Below are positions 27,369 through 37,121 of a stretch of DNA of 43,026 nt, piece after piece. Position numbers and translations under genes: made by a program. The DNA is taken from positions 1-43,026 of the forward strand of contig JABCTZ010000015.1 in the NCBI GenBank assembly GCA_018238155.1, written 5' to 3'. The notes beneath the pieces were generated by a model that saw only the letters and a program-made list of their open reading frames with translations, was not told the DNA's origin and did not search any database. Source of the DNA: Candidatus Heimdallarchaeota archaeon (GTDB taxonomy: Archaea; Asgardarchaeota; Heimdallarchaeia; JABLTI01). Within the stretch, counting starts at the first letter, position 1. Each line of letters starts with the position of its first letter.

Positions 27369-28551
27369 TTAGTTTTTCTTCTTTTTTACAAGCACGATTA
27401 TGAAAATTGTTGGTAGTATAATTGTTATTGGCAAGTTTGTCTTTTCAGTTGTGCAAAATCTTTTGTACGTTTCTTGTATTGCTTTTCCTACATTTAATAG
27501 TCCATGACCAAAGAAATTATCTTTACCTTCTTCTCCCAAGTCGGTTGCCGTTTCAAAAAGAATCTCTTTTACTTCTTCAACGGTAATATTTGCATAAAGA
27601 GATTTCATTAGTGCAACAGTAGCTGCTACTTGTGGACAAGCAAAAGACGTTCCCACACCATATCTAAAAGCATCATTGAGAGAAGTACTTCGAATTACGT
27701 GTGTTATGTCATCAAATCCTTGGTCTCCTACAGGAGCGACAATATCTGTCCATTCGCCATAATTACTATAATCTGCAAGTTCATCATAGTAATTTGTTGC
27801 TCCAACAGATATTACTTCTTCATATCCACCTGGAAATGATCGATATTCTCTTCCTCCTCCGGAGGACAGACCAGTATTTCCTGTAACGGATATTACTGGA
27901 ATATTTTTCTCAATTGCAAAGAGTATATCATCATGATAGCTATTACTATCACTGTAATATTGTAAGCTCATACTTATGACATCAGCACCATTATCAACTG
28001 CGTATCTTATAGCATCTCCAAATTCCTCATAAGTTGTTCCTGCATAGTTATCTGCCTTAATTACTCGTAAATCCATTATTTTAACATTGGGAGCAATACC
28101 CACTACTCCTTTGTTGTCTATTTTCGCTGTTATTATTCCAGCTATAAAGGTTGCATGCCAATGAATGAGGTCTGTGGGTTCTGGTCCAGGGATATTGTCA
28201 GGTGTATTATCAATACTCACAAAATCCCAACCATTAATATCATCAATATAACCATTGGCATCATCATCGATTTCATTGTTCTCAATTTCATCAGTATTTA
28301 CCCCATGCAGCATCACTTAATTCTGAATGGTTGAAATCTATACCTGAATCGATTATCGCAACTACAATTGACTTAGAACCGTTTGTTACACTCCAAGCAT
28401 CTTAGGCATCAATTTTAGTAAGATGCCATCCAATTTCAGCATTATTATTAATAACTACTTGATTTTGAAAAGCTACCGTGTTTGTAATAGAATATGCAAA
28501 TATTGAAACAATTATTAGTACTAATCCCTTTTGTATATATCGATTTATCAT
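27369..28551 (-). pseudogene. S8 protease paralogue inactivated by a nonsense codon and a frameshift
   Basis: ATG 28551; TAA replaces CAA at 28402-28404; an extra base in cccc at 28301-28304. The remaining ORF 27369-28316 lacks the signal peptide and the catalytic DSG. Confidence 0.9.
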
Positions 28552-28626
28552 ATCAGTTTCCTTCCTTCCTTACAAATTTCTAATAGTAAAACATTGTTTT
28601 TTATTAGTTATATTTCCTTCGTTCAA

Positions 28627-28685
28627 AAGTGCGCCTCTCTAAAAATTACCCTTTTAACCTTCAAGAAGAAGCTTGTGTTGAGTTC
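28627..28685 (+). repeat. Boundary repeat R18 (diverged)
   Basis: aagtgcgcctctct...cttttaaccttcaagaagaagcttgtgttgagt; core 28651-28672. Confidence 0.7.
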
Positions 28686-29011
28686 TTCTATTCTAATAAT
28701 TAATCAACCAAACACTCAAAAAAAGATGATTTATTTAAGGTAGTTAAAGAGTATTGGTGAGAGTAATTATTATGGTGGAAATGTCTACTTTAACAACAAT
28801 TCAACACAAAGAAGCTGGAGTGATTTTTCTAGAGAAATATCTAAAACTAGATCTAAAGACTTTCTTCTATCTTGTTTTTCAAACCAAAAAAATAAATTCT
28901 CTTATTAAAAAAATAAAATGCCTATAAGAATAAATATTAAAAATACTAAAGCTTATTTTGACTAATATTTAATGAAATTAGAGATTAATTGTAATCTTTG
29001 GAGATTAAAAT

Positions 29012-29317
29012 ATGTCTAATGAACCTATGGAAAAGCGTAATTCCTGGATATGGTTTTTCATTTCAATTTTTACCTTTGGAATCGGATCTTTAATTTATAC
29101 CTATTATAATTTTGAAGATCTCAATCGATTAGCAAGGTATCCAAAACCAAATGATGTGCCATCTACAGAGACAGTCAGTGGAACAATTGCTGTAGTACTT
29201 TCACTATTTACAGGTGGAATAGGTGCAATAGTTATTGGTTATTTGAAATTTAACAAACTTCATAATCATCTGCCAACCATAATTTTCTCCAAATCGATGA
29301 AATTGTATGCTAAATAA
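29012..29317 (+). CDS. Small membrane protein (DUF4234-like), possibly truncated
   Basis: KRNSWIWFFISIFTFGIGSLIY.Y...EDLN and a second LSLFTGGIG hydrophobic segment; GGAG RBS. Confidence 0.65.
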   Translation: MSNEPMEKRNSWIWFFISIFTFGIGSLIYTYYNFEDLNRLARYPKPNDVPSTETVSGTIAVVLSLFTGGIGAIVIGYLKFNKLHNHLPTIIFSKSMKLYAK

Positions 29318-29417
29318 TCTGTACAATCTGCATCAAACTCAGCACTAAATGAATAGTTTATTCCGTCCTTCATTTCCTATTAAAAGCACGGAAAAAACTA
29401 GATTGTCAAATAATAGG

Positions 29418-32003
29418 CTATTTTTTCTTCGCTTGTCTTGGGTTCGTTGACTTCTTCTTCACTTGCCTTGGGTTCGTTGACTTTTTCTTCACTTGCCTTG
29501 GGTTCGTTGACTTCTTCTTCACTTTGACTATTTTTCTTCTTTTTTGTCTTAAAGCCAGAACAATAACCAATAGCAAAATAATTAGCACTAAGACCAATCC
29601 AATTATTAGATAGATTGGGATTGGAGTTGGTCCTGGATCAGGGGAGGGGGAAACAGAAGTTGGAGTGATTGATGTAGCAATTAATCCTTTATCAGTTATC
29701 AACCAGTTGAAGGTATCAATAATTGACTGCCTAGCGCTTATAGCTAAATTGCTGTACTGTGATGCCCCTGCATGAAAGTTTACATTGAATTGTAATGGCA
29801 AAATTGACCACTTTAGTAACAAGTCGTTATAATTTGTTATAGATAATTTAACCTCAACGAACATTGCAGTCATATCTTTGACCATCGAGATATTCCAATC
29901 GCCAATCGTCTGATCAAAAGACGAGGTACCATAGAACATAAAGGACATATCTGTGACGCTAGAGACGTCCCAATTACCAATTGGCTGATTGAATGAGACT
30001 GCACGTTGAAACATAGATACCATGCTAGTGACCTGAGAGACATCCCAATCATCAAGAGGTTGGTTGAAAGACAAGCCATCCTCAAACATATTTATCATAC
30101 TAGTAACTTGGGAGACATCCCAGGTATTAAGGATCTGGTTAAAGGAATTAGCCGCTGCAAACATATAGGAGAGATCAGTGACCCCAGATACATCCCAATT
30201 CGCGAGGGGCTGATTAAAAGACGAGGCTCTTGCAAACATTGAAGACAAATCAGTAATCCCAGACACATCCCAATTCGCGAGGGGTTGGTTAAAAGATGAG
30301 GCTCCTGCAAACATTGCTGTCATCGCGGTAATCCCTGAGGTGTCCCAGCTCTCGATAGACTGATTGAATGTATAAGCCCCAGCAAACATTGATTCCATGG
30401 TCGTAACGCTGGAAATATCCCAGTTGTTAAGGGGCTGGTTAAACGAACCAGCGTCTACAAAAATCCAATTCATGGTTGTGACACTGGAAACATCCCAGCT
30501 GCCAAGGGGTTGGTTAAAGAAGTAAGCCCTTTCAAACATCGATTCCATATCTGTGACACTAGAAACATCCCAGCTGCTAAGAGGTTGATTAAAAGTCGAA
30601 GCACCTGCGAACATTGATTTCATATCTGTGACACTGGAAACATCCCAGTTGCCAAGGGGCTGGTTAAAAGTCGAAGCACCTGTGAACATTGATCCCATAT
30701 CTGTGACACTGGAAACATCCCAACTATTGAGGGGTTGATTAAAGGCAGTATTACTATAGAACATCCTATGCATTATTTTCACTTGAGAGACATCCCAGCC
30801 ATTAAGTGGTTGATTGAACGAAGATGCTTCCATGAACATCCGTAACATATTTATGACGCTGGAGACATCCCAATTATCAAGTGGTTGCTTAAAAGCAAAA
30901 GCACTATAGAACATAGAATCCATAATTATAACCTTTGAAACGTCCCAGTTGTTGAGTGGTTGATTAAAAGCTATAGCACCATAGAACAGATAATTCATAT
31001 TTGTTACGCTGGAGACATCCCAGTTGTTAAGTGGTTGGTTAAAGGAAGCAGTGTCACAGAACATATAGGACAGGTCTGTTACGCTGGAGACATCCCAGTT
31101 GTCTAGTGGTTGATTAAAGGAAGTAGTACTACAGAACATAGAAAACATCGTTGTCACACTGGAGACGTCCCAATTGCCAATAGGCTGGTTAAATGAAGCA
31201 GCACCATGGAACATAGAAGTCATTTCTGTTACACTGGAGACATCCCAAGCATCAAGTGGTAGATTGAAAGTGGAGTGATGACCTGACTCTGCACAGAATG
31301 CCAAAGTCATATCAGTAAAGCTTGACACATCCCAGCTGTTTAAATTTCCTGTATTGCCCAAATTATTACACCAAGTAAATGCTTGCCTCAAAGAGGTCGT
31401 CCCACTTAGATCAGGTGCATCAGTTGCTGTTAATTGCAAATTTCTGCAGCCCCTAAAGTATCTCTCCGAATTGCCAAAAGCCATTGTCCCCCACTGAGAA
31501 ATTTCTATGAGCTTTGTACAATCACCTCCACCTGCAAAGTACCACCCTCTTAATGTACCTGAAATGATGATAGTATAGACTCCCGGAGTTCCATAAGTGT
31601 GAGTCACTTCTGATTGATCCCACTGAGTGATAACATCGCTAGCGCCATTACCCCAGTCAATCGTAAAAGAATAAGTACCACTCGGCTCTAACGGTAGCCT
31701 GATTTGATTGGAAGGAGTCGAGGAACTGCTGGTGAGGGTTGTATCCCAGAATGAAACAAAATCATCGGCTAAAATTTGAATTGGCGATGCTCCCTCGAAT
31801 TTCGATTCACAAAGAGGAGCGGGGATGGGCATCGTCTCGGAGAAACGTTCAAAGAATTGCTCTTGAGTACTGATCGCAGTAAAGGGTTGAGGTTTAATGC
31901 TCAAGCTGAGCAATAACCCAATAATGCCAATAATTAGCACTCTTTTGGGGCAAGTGTTAAGAAAGGGAGAGTTCTGAAGCAAATTATCTTTTTTAAACAT
32001 CAT
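29418..32003 (-). CDS. BspA/DUF285 repeat surface protein with PKD-like N-terminal domain and C-terminal anchor
   Basis: About 20 repeats of 25 aa (FNQPL.NWDVSSVT.M..MF); FTIDWG.G and HTY..PGVYTI; signal peptide; TM helix and basic tail. Confidence 0.93.
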   Translation of the reverse strand: MMFKKDNLLQNSPFLNTCPKRVLIIGIIGLLLSLSIKPQPFTAISTQEQFFERFSETMPIPAPLCESKFEGASPIQILADDFVSFWDTTLTSSSSTPSNQIRLPLEPSGTYSFTIDWGNGASDVITQWDQSEVTHTYGTPGVYTIIISGTLRGWYFAGGGDCTKLIEISQWGTMAFGNSERYFRGCRNLQLTATDAPDLSGTTSLRQAFTWCNNLGNTGNLNSWDVSSFTDMTLAFCAESGHHSTFNLPLDAWDVSSVTEMTSMFHGAASFNQPIGNWDVSSVTTMFSMFCSTTSFNQPLDNWDVSSVTDLSYMFCDTASFNQPLNNWDVSSVTNMNYLFYGAIAFNQPLNNWDVSKVIIMDSMFYSAFAFKQPLDNWDVSSVINMLRMFMEASSFNQPLNGWDVSQVKIMHRMFYSNTAFNQPLNSWDVSSVTDMGSMFTGASTFNQPLGNWDVSSVTDMKSMFAGASTFNQPLSSWDVSSVTDMESMFERAYFFNQPLGSWDVSSVTTMNWIFVDAGSFNQPLNNWDISSVTTMESMFAGAYTFNQSIESWDTSGITAMTAMFAGASSFNQPLANWDVSGITDLSSMFARASSFNQPLANWDVSGVTDLSYMFAAANSFNQILNTWDVSQVTSMINMFEDGLSFNQPLDDWDVSQVTSMVSMFQRAVSFNQPIGNWDVSSVTDMSFMFYGTSSFDQTIGDWNISMVKDMTAMFVEVKLSITNYNDLLLKWSILPLQFNVNFHAGASQYSNLAISARQSIIDTFNWLITDKGLIATSITPTSVSPSPDPGPTPIPIYLIIGLVLVLIILLLVIVLALRQKRRKIVKVKKKSTNPRQVKKKSTNPRQVKKKSTNPRQAKKK
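29421..29524. repeat. 30-bp tandem repeat (about 3.5 copies) encoding VKKKSTNPRQ
   Basis: cttcttcttcacttgccttgggttcgttga repeated with few substitutions. Confidence 0.95.
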
Positions 32004-32376
32004 GTTGTACCACTTTAAGTGATTATTGTAAAGCTGACCAAACCTCGTTCATAATGGCTTTCGTCAGACTGGTTACTCCACCCACCTTTTTAACGGCTTT
32101 GGTTATTTTTGGTGATACCATTTAGTACGCAACGTCTTGTGGCACGCTATTAGCTAACGGAGCGCAATGTGTTTAAAAAGGACTCGTCATAACCACCTTG
32201 GGAAAGGCTGTCATAAGGTTTGGTTATCATAACAAATAACTTCTGAGCGATTATTTCTCTTACAGAAATCGAACATTTAGCAATATAACACATATTGATT
32301 CCTTTTTGCATAATAAAAAGAACTATTGATCAATACAAGTAAATATTTCTAGATTTATTGAAGTTATGTGTAATTA

Positions 32377-32838
32377 TTGAAGAAAATTGTGAAATTTTCA
32401 TTAGTTATTTTAATAATATGCTCATTGATTGGAGCTCAAAATACTCGCGATATTTTTGGAATAGAAGAAGGAAATGTGATAAAATACAGAATTAATGAAG
32501 CAAAAACTGAGATTACATATGAAACCTTATCTGATACTTTTAGAGGTCTAACGTATAATGAATCCGTAAAAATTGAGGAAGACACTACATTAAAAGTCAT
32601 GGTTGAAAGTATCACTGGCACTGAACTGAAATGGTATTCATCTTATGGTTTAGATGCAATAGAAGGAACATTCCCTGTAACAGCTGATTTTAATACTTTC
32701 CTAGATTTTCTCCTATTAGCTATAGATGTGTACATGAATGTTGATATTTCTAACATTTATAGCTCGGGTGTTATTGAATCTTTTAATTTTGACTTATTCA
32801 TTATACCTCTTTTCTTAGATACGGCACCACTAGCATGA
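32377..32838 (+). pseudogene. Truncated paralogue of the 22900-23820 surface protein
   Basis: Aligns from the N-terminus (G..I.Y.I..., TF.G, G.P....F) up to P.FLD.AP, then stops; no anchor. Confidence 0.7.
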
Positions 32839-33029
32839 ATACTTGTTGTTTCAAAAGATTGCCCTGAGAATAATTGAGAAACTTCGCGAATTTTACTCGG
32901 AGCAATTGCAGCGCCTTTTTGATAGGTTGGTGCATTGTCTTCAAATGGCGCACCTAGTATAATTGCATCGACATCTACTGCTGATTCAATCTCAGTGACT
33001 GGAAAAGTACCGTTAAATGCATCTGTCAT
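32836..33029 (-). pseudogene. N-terminal fragment of an agmatinase/arginase-family enzyme
   Basis: IILGAPFE....TYQKGAAIAPSKIREVS matches the ureohydrolase N-terminal motif; the metal-binding motifs are missing. Confidence 0.7.
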
Positions 33030-33186
33030 TTTCTGTGCTCCAATTTTCTTGAATGTGTATGTTATTCTATATGATAAATTAATATTTATCCAAAGAAATT
33101 AACTTGTTTTTTTTCCTTACAATAATCTTTAATGAGAAAAGTAATAATAGGATATGTAAACTAAAATAGAAAAGAGGTTTGCTTTA

Positions 33187-33927
33187 ATGAACAAGAAAAA
33201 ACCAAAATATCTCAATTCATGGAAAGGGCAAGTACTGAAAGCAATAGTAAAAGATGGCATAGTAACTTGGCGAGGAATACAAAGAGCAACAAAACTGAGC
33301 GAAGCAAGTCTGAATAAAGCACTGAGCGAGCTTTTGACTCTTAAGTTATTAATTAAGCATAATCAATATTATCATGTTCAAAATGACCAATTAATAAACG
33401 AATATATGACCTATTTTCAAGCCAGAAAACCGAAAAGGAAAATTGTTAAGGATCAGTATCATACTGAGCTGGTTGAATATGTTGTTCAAAAGTCGCTTTT
33501 CGATGGTCAGAGTCTTCAAACGGTCGTTGAATATCAAACACATGACGAAGGAACCTATCGCTATATTGATGTTCTGAAATGGTCTTTTCGTGCTGAAATA
33601 CCACAGATAGCTATCTTTGAGATTATACCCCTGATAGATGATTTTGGTGCTACTATTCGTCAAATAAAATACTATAAATCATTAATTGATCATCACTCCG
33701 AATCGAATTTTGGTCCCTATCAGGATAAAGAGCTTTTTACTTATTTAGTACTACTTGCTACTAAAGAAAATTTCACCGCCTTTCATCAATTCAAGAATTC
33801 CCTCATCGCATCTGATTTGGACTATATTATGTTTGTGAAACTCACTCATAAGCAAGACAAAATTTATCCCCTCAGGGGTTTTTCTAACGCAATTTTCAAT
33901 CCCTTGAATAAATGGATTCTTGAATGA
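33187..33927 (+). CDS. Winged-helix plus PD-(D/E)XK-like nuclease-fold protein
   Basis: HTH-like TWRGIQRATKLSEASLNKALSEL; VEY......RYIDVL...AIFEI....DFGATIRQIKYY. Confidence 0.6.
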   Translation: MNKKKPKYLNSWKGQVLKAIVKDGIVTWRGIQRATKLSEASLNKALSELLTLKLLIKHNQYYHVQNDQLINEYMTYFQARKPKRKIVKDQYHTELVEYVVQKSLFDGQSLQTVVEYQTHDEGTYRYIDVLKWSFRAEIPQIAIFEIIPLIDDFGATIRQIKYYKSLIDHHSESNFGPYQDKELFTYLVLLATKENFTAFHQFKNSLIASDLDYIMFVKLTHKQDKIYPLRGFSNAIFNPLNKWILE

Positions 33928-33998
33928 AAAAAGATCTATTTCAATTGTTTACTAACTTGAAGAAGAAATTGTGTTGCAACAGATTATTCAACTAGTCT

Positions 33999-34592
33999 TT
34001 AGTGCTCTCTAGAATATCTCCATAGATAGAGAGATGCATATGATCGATAAGGTTTCCAACGAATGGAGAACTGTTCTAAATCTTTAGCTGAAGGGAGTTC
34101 ATCAAAACCATAAATCAACATAATTGCTCTTCTTAAGCCTAAGTCATCAGGAGCAAAAATATCTTCACGAGCAAGTGAGAAGATCAAAAACATTTGAGCA
34201 GTCCACCGACCAATACCTTTTGTTTGTATTAATTCAGTAATAATCTCTTCATCGGTCATTTGATCAAATTTCTTTGGGTTGATAGATTTGTCAATAAATT
34301 TCCTGGAAAGATTATCACAATAAGCTCTTTTTTGTCTCGAGATGCCTGCTGATTGTAAATCAATTTCGTTAAGCTTTCTATGTTCTACAGGAGTAATTTT
34401 GCTCTTTGGAAAGAGCTTCTTGTATTTCTCATAAATGGTTTTTGCCGATTTCCAACTTATCTGCTGGTAAATAATTGCTTCTATTAATGATTCAAAATAA
34501 TCTTTGTTTTTGATAAGTTTAATCTCACCATCTTTTTCAATAATTTGTTTCAAAGCTTTATCTTTCTTTAAAAATTCAATTGCACCATTCAT
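33999..34592 (-). CDS. alkA: DNA-3-methyladenine glycosylase II (HhH-GPD)
   Basis: IIYQQIS, KGIGRWTAQMFLIF, DDLGLR and WKPYRSYASLYLW. Confidence 0.93.
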   Translation of the reverse strand: MNGAIEFLKKDKALKQIIEKDGEIKLIKNKDYFESLIEAIIYQQISWKSAKTIYEKYKKLFPKSKITPVEHRKLNEIDLQSAGISRQKRAYCDNLSRKFIDKSINPKKFDQMTDEEIITELIQTKGIGRWTAQMFLIFSLAREDIFAPDDLGLRRAIMLIYGFDELPSAKDLEQFSIRWKPYRSYASLYLWRYSREH

Positions 34593-34738
34593 TTTGAGTT
34601 TTAATGAGTAATTGGAATAAAAAATTTGTTAAAAAAAAGTGTTAATTTAACTCAAAAATTGATTTAACGATTGAATTATCCCAACCAAAATGTTTTATTC
34701 ATTGGATAACTTATATATTCAACATTTGAGGAATAATT

Positions 34739-35086
34739 ATGGTAAATATAATACTTAGAATTCTTTGGGTGATCTTTATAGGTTCATGGTTAATGCCTCT
34801 CTTCTATGTGTTAGGTTTTATTTTCATGGCTTTAATTATAACAGCTCCAATAGGACTTTGGTTCTTTAATAAAATCGGTTATGTCTTTTCACTTCATGAA
34901 GACCCAGAAAAAAAGGAAGTAACTTTCAAACGTTCAGTTGGTGGGTTACTCTGGTTCTATTTAATTGGTTGGTGGGCTGGCTTTCTTGTAGTTGTTCTCG
35001 CAGATGCATGTATAGCAACAATAATTGGTATACCACTAGGTTGGTGGTTAATTAATAGACTAGATAAGATAGTCATCCTCAGTTAG
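34739..35086 (+). CDS. YccF-domain membrane protein
   Basis: Duplicated LW..F.G.W...IITAPIG / TIIGIPLG pattern. Confidence 0.8.
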   Translation: MVNIILRILWVIFIGSWLMPLFYVLGFIFMALIITAPIGLWFFNKIGYVFSLHEDPEKKEVTFKRSVGGLLWFYLIGWWAGFLVVVLADACIATIIGIPLGWWLINRLDKIVILS

Positions 35087-35191
35087 TTTTTCACCTCTAT
35101 CTCTTTTTTTTCTATCCTTTCGATATTTGTTGAAACTAGTATTAGTTAGATGAATAATAATTTCCTATATGTTAGCTAACTTGGAAGAAAT

Positions 35192-35848
35192 TTACTCTTC
35201 CAATTCTGTTAGTGAAAATGGTTGTCCATGTCCTGGTAAAATGGTCTTAATATCGTACTGAGCGAGTTTATTCACACTTGCTTGACCCTCAATAAGATTA
35301 TCCATATTCGCATTCATTTCTGGTTTCTTCCAATGAGTGAATAAATCGCCACAGAAGAGCAAACCATCAGCTGTCAATATACCAATTGATCCTTTAGAAT
35401 GACCGGGAATTGATAGAATCTTTCCATCTAACCCAAATTCTGAGAGGGAAAACCCTTCTTCAACTGTTATGTCTGGTGTAAATCGATCAGATTTAGACAA
35501 TCCAAATAAAGTATTTCTTAAGAATTTGCTTATCTTACTGCCTTGAGTTCTATTCCAAAACATATCGCTCTTTTCAACCATACCGATATCATCCGAATGC
35601 ATAGCTATTTTCGTACTATATTTTCTACGTAAATATGCAGCATTTCCTGAATGATCAAAATCTCCATGAGTAAGTATGATTAAACTCAATTTACCAAGCA
35701 CACAGCCATTTTCTGTTAACTTTTCTATTAGTTGTTTACGTTTTGACTTTCTTCCTGTATCGATTAAAATAAATCCTCTCTCTGTTTGAAGGAGGAAGAT
35801 ATTTCCATTTATTCCACCAAAATTAATTTCAAATACTTTAGTAATCAT
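35192..35848 (-). CDS. MBL-fold metallo-hydrolase
   Basis: LIDTG, THGDFDHSG, PGHSKGS, GD and PGHG; start MITKV preferred over the longer ORF start at 35890. Confidence 0.92.
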   Translation of the reverse strand: MITKVFEINFGGINGNIFLLQTERGFILIDTGRKSKRKQLIEKLTENGCVLGKLSLIILTHGDFDHSGNAAYLRRKYSTKIAMHSDDIGMVEKSDMFWNRTQGSKISKFLRNTLFGLSKSDRFTPDITVEEGFSLSEFGLDGKILSIPGHSKGSIGILTADGLLFCGDLFTHWKKPEMNANMDNLIEGQASVNKLAQYDIKTILPGHGQPFSLTELEE

Positions 35849-35910
35849 AGTAAAGAAATTATATGTGGAATGTATATTAAACGCTCTCAAAAGAAACCAT
35901 CAAAAGGAAA

Positions 35911-36942
35911 TCAATTGACATCAATAAAAACTTTCATGACCTTATCTTTCATTTCTAATATATACTGATAGGCTTTATTGTAATCATCGAATTTGAAATG
36001 CTTGGTCATTAATGGTTCTAGTTGGATTTTTCTAGAATGAACTAGTTCGATAGCTTGGAGATATTCTTTAGTTTGATACATAAGCATACCAATAAGTCGT
36101 AATTCATTATTTTGTATCGTAGACAAATCAATAATTGTTTTTTCACCAAATACTCCAACAATAATAATGTCTGTACCTTTTCTAGCATTCTGTATTGCAT
36201 CATCAATTGTTTGTCTATTCCCAACACATTCGATAATTACATCCGCTTTATCTGAGCCAAAAGCTTTCACAATTTCTTCAGATAAATTCTGTTTTGAGGT
36301 GTTAATCGTATGATCAATACCTACTTTTTTTGCTAGTTCCAATCGATAATCACTCACATCGGTTATTAATACCGATTTAGCTCCCAGAGCTTTTGCTGTT
36401 TGTGCCGTAAGATTACCTATCGGTCCTGCTCCCAAAACAATGATATTTAATCCCTTCACGTCATCTGTTTTAGTAAAAACTCCACAAGCAACAGCCATAG
36501 GTTCGATCATTGCTCCATGTTCAAAGGACATATTATCTGGTAATCTAAGAACACGCTTTGCTTTCGTTACAAAGAATTCAGAAGCCATGCCGGTAGTTTG
36601 AAATCCCATAACTTTCAAGCTATAGCAAATATGGTATCTATCGTGTGTACATGAATAACATTCTCCACAAACAACTTGAGGTTGAATAGTAACTTTATCG
36701 CCTGGTTTGAAATTTGTTACTTTACTTCCAACTTCTTCAATCATTCCTGAAACTTCATGCCCTTGAGTTACAGGGTAGGTGGTGTATGGGTGTTTCCCTT
36801 GATACACATGAATATCACTGCCACAAACACCAAGACGCATTATTTTTATCAAAACATCTTTTTCGTTTAGCTCGGGGATTGGTATTTCTAGGAATTCAAT
36901 TTTACCTGGTTCAACCACTATTTGCTGTTTCATTGTTTTCAT
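35911..36942 (-). CDS. Zinc-dependent alcohol/polyol dehydrogenase (MDR family)
   Basis: GVCGSDIH, GHE.SG, CGECYSC......C and GAGPIG. Confidence 0.95.
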   Translation of the reverse strand: MKTMKQQIVVEPGKIEFLEIPIPELNEKDVLIKIMRLGVCGSDIHVYQGKHPYTTYPVTQGHEVSGMIEEVGSKVTNFKPGDKVTIQPQVVCGECYSCTHDRYHICYSLKVMGFQTTGMASEFFVTKAKRVLRLPDNMSFEHGAMIEPMAVACGVFTKTDDVKGLNIIVLGAGPIGNLTAQTAKALGAKSVLITDVSDYRLELAKKVGIDHTINTSKQNLSEEIVKAFGSDKADVIIECVGNRQTIDDAIQNARKGTDIIIVGVFGEKTIIDLSTIQNNELRLIGMLMYQTKEYLQAIELVHSRKIQLEPLMTKHFKFDDYNKAYQYILEMKDKVMKVFIDVN

Positions 36943-37121
36943 ATTATTCCAAATGTAATTTCATTTTTAAATTCTATTGTTTTTGATTCTAAATGTGCTA
37001 CAAATCATATCATTTGCGAAAGCAATTTTGGTTTTTATTTGTAAACCTGAATATGAAATCATTTTAGAAATATTATTTATAACCTTGAAGCCAATAATTT
37101 GTAATTGGTGCTAATTGAAGG

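Noticed and set aside
117-28685. Canonical integron (intI plus attC)
   Set aside because: No tyrosine recombinase ORF is in the window and the repeats lack the invariant AAC/GTT ends; kept only as an analogy.
29870-31340. Diversity-generating retroelement in the DUF285 repeats
   Set aside because: No reverse transcriptase and no template/variable pair with adenine-specific differences was seen; these are ordinary coding repeats.
32650-33029. Peptide DA..GTFPVT in both the truncated surface protein and the agmatinase fragment
   Set aside because: Short match between unrelated families with different codons; no extended nucleotide inverted repeat; treated as coincidence.
33950-33975. Possible further repeat copy (aacttgaagaagaaattgtg)
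   Set aside because: Only the purine run matches, which is expected by chance in AT-rich DNA.
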